Made by a program: the position numbers and the translations under genes
Shown: piece after piece, positions 63,204-64,000 of the stretch
Layout of the letters: the number at the start of each line of letters is the position of its first letter
How positions within the stretch are numbered: position 1 is the stretch's first letter
From: a virus
IMG/VR virus record: IMGVR_UViG_3300049255_000083
Span: 13,952 to 77,951 of that record
DNA: 64,000 nt
Reading direction: 5' to 3' (one strand)
Notes under the pieces: model-generated
Database searches by the model: none
The model's input: only the letters and a program-made list of their open reading frames with translations
What the model was told of the DNA's origin: nothing

Positions 63204-64000
63204 TCATTTCTTCTCGGCCTCACCCTTGGAGAGGGGGACTTCCCACTTGCGGATGAAGCTCAGGACGGCAGCCACGTGTTTACACACCTGATGCTGCCGG
63301 TGCGGGTCTCGAATGTTGGGGACGGAGGCCGTCCCTACGGGGCGACCATCCTGGTAGTTCTCGTGCTTGGCGTGATACTCGGGACCCTGCCATCGCCAGG
63401 CCGGGCACGAGCACGACATCTTGAGCTGCATCTTCACGAGCCGGACGATGTTGCCGACCCGATCGCCCTTGAGGCGGACGACCTTGGGGCCGTTGCCGCA
63501 ATCGACCGAGAAGATCCAACGAAGGTTGCTCGCGTCCACGCGGCGTACACGCACGTGGCATTGACGAGCCCGCTCCTCGATCTTGTCTTCGAGGCGGTTC
63601 GTGATCTGGTCGATGGTCGCCGCCGTCCGAACTTGGGTCGGCGGCTCGACGATGGCCTCGTGGGCGAACCGGAGAAGGAAGAGCTGGGCGACGTAGTCCG
63701 CCTCGGCGTTGAAGGGGCGGCTGGCGTAGTGCGGGTGCTTCGGGTCGTCGCGGTACGGGTACTTGGTCTTGGACATGTCCCGCGGGTCGCTCTTGCCCTT
63801 GCCCATCTCCCCGATGCCGTCGTGCGGCTCGCTCCAGTCTTCCTTCGTGTCGACGCGCTCACGATTCTTGAGCTGGTCGTCGGGACTGTCGCGCCGCCAA
63901 GGATCGGTGTTGTCGCCCTTGTCGAAGTCGCGGATGTCGTCCTCGGGCTTGTTGAACGTGGAGGTGCCGGGGATGTCCTTGTCGAGGCTCAGCCCGCGGT
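63204..64000 (-). CDS. SWIM zinc-finger protein (5' end lies beyond the window)
   Basis: SCSCPAWRW...VCKHV; the frame stays open from 63806 to the edge with an acidic D/E-rich segment. Confidence 0.75.
   Translation of the reverse strand, partial: RGLSLDKDIPGTSTFNKPEDDIRDFDKGDNTDPWRRDSPDDQLKNRERVDTKEDWSEPHDGIGEMGKGKSDPRDMSKTKYPYRDDPKHPHYASRPFNAEADYVAQLFLLRFAHEAIVEPPTQVRTAATIDQITNRLEDKIEERARQCHVRVRRVDASNLRWIFSVDCGNGPKVVRLKGDRVGNIVRLVKMQLKMSCSCPAWRWQGPEYHAKHENYQDGRPVGTASVPNIRDPHRQHQVCKHVAAVLSFIRKWEVPLSKGEAEKK

Noticed and set aside
1-64000. CRISPR array, tRNA or rRNA genes
   Set aside because: No repeat-spacer structure or cloverleaf-type sequence seen; the 60- and 75-bp repeats are in-frame coding duplications without spacers.
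1-64000. Interpretation as a headless contractile injection system (eCIS/tailocin)
   Set aside because: Head-tail adaptor and head-closure-like genes, a long tape measure gene and homing nucleases favour a phage. Capsid, portal and terminase are not in the window, so this is not formally excluded.

Overview
This is a high-GC segment of a large contractile-tailed (myovirus-type, probably jumbo) phage genome. Almost all genes lie on the minus strand and form one morphogenesis module. In transcription order (right to left) it holds: a SWIM-finger protein and small virion proteins; three modular fibre-like paralogues (344, 828, 1479 aa); a frameshifted structural gene; a Cys-rich myxobacterial-type lipoprotein; decoration and neck proteins; a Dps/ferritin-like protein; an actin-like ATPase; tail terminator; a very large (1429 aa) tail sheath; a 1205-aa UvrD/Rep-type helicase; tail tube, chaperones, tape measure, two tube-initiator-like proteins (one fused to a GH24 lysozyme), baseplate hub, gp5-like spike and the start of a large baseplate protein. 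No capsid, portal or terminase gene is recognisable in the window. Three selfish nuclease genes are embedded. One is a tandem-HNH endonuclease. One is an RHH+tnpB cassette whose tnpB carries a frameshifting N-terminal deletion. The third is an intact, transposase-less tnpB with no room for a left end, inserted so that translational coupling of the phage operon is preserved on both sides; this is the most striking observation. Also seen: a recurring TCCTTTNRTA-like motif upstream of late genes, CAGATC-type hexamer repeats in three long leaders, and shared terminal peptide motifs on non-structural enzymes that may mark capsid cargo. All functional calls come from motif recognition by eye; no database searches were run.
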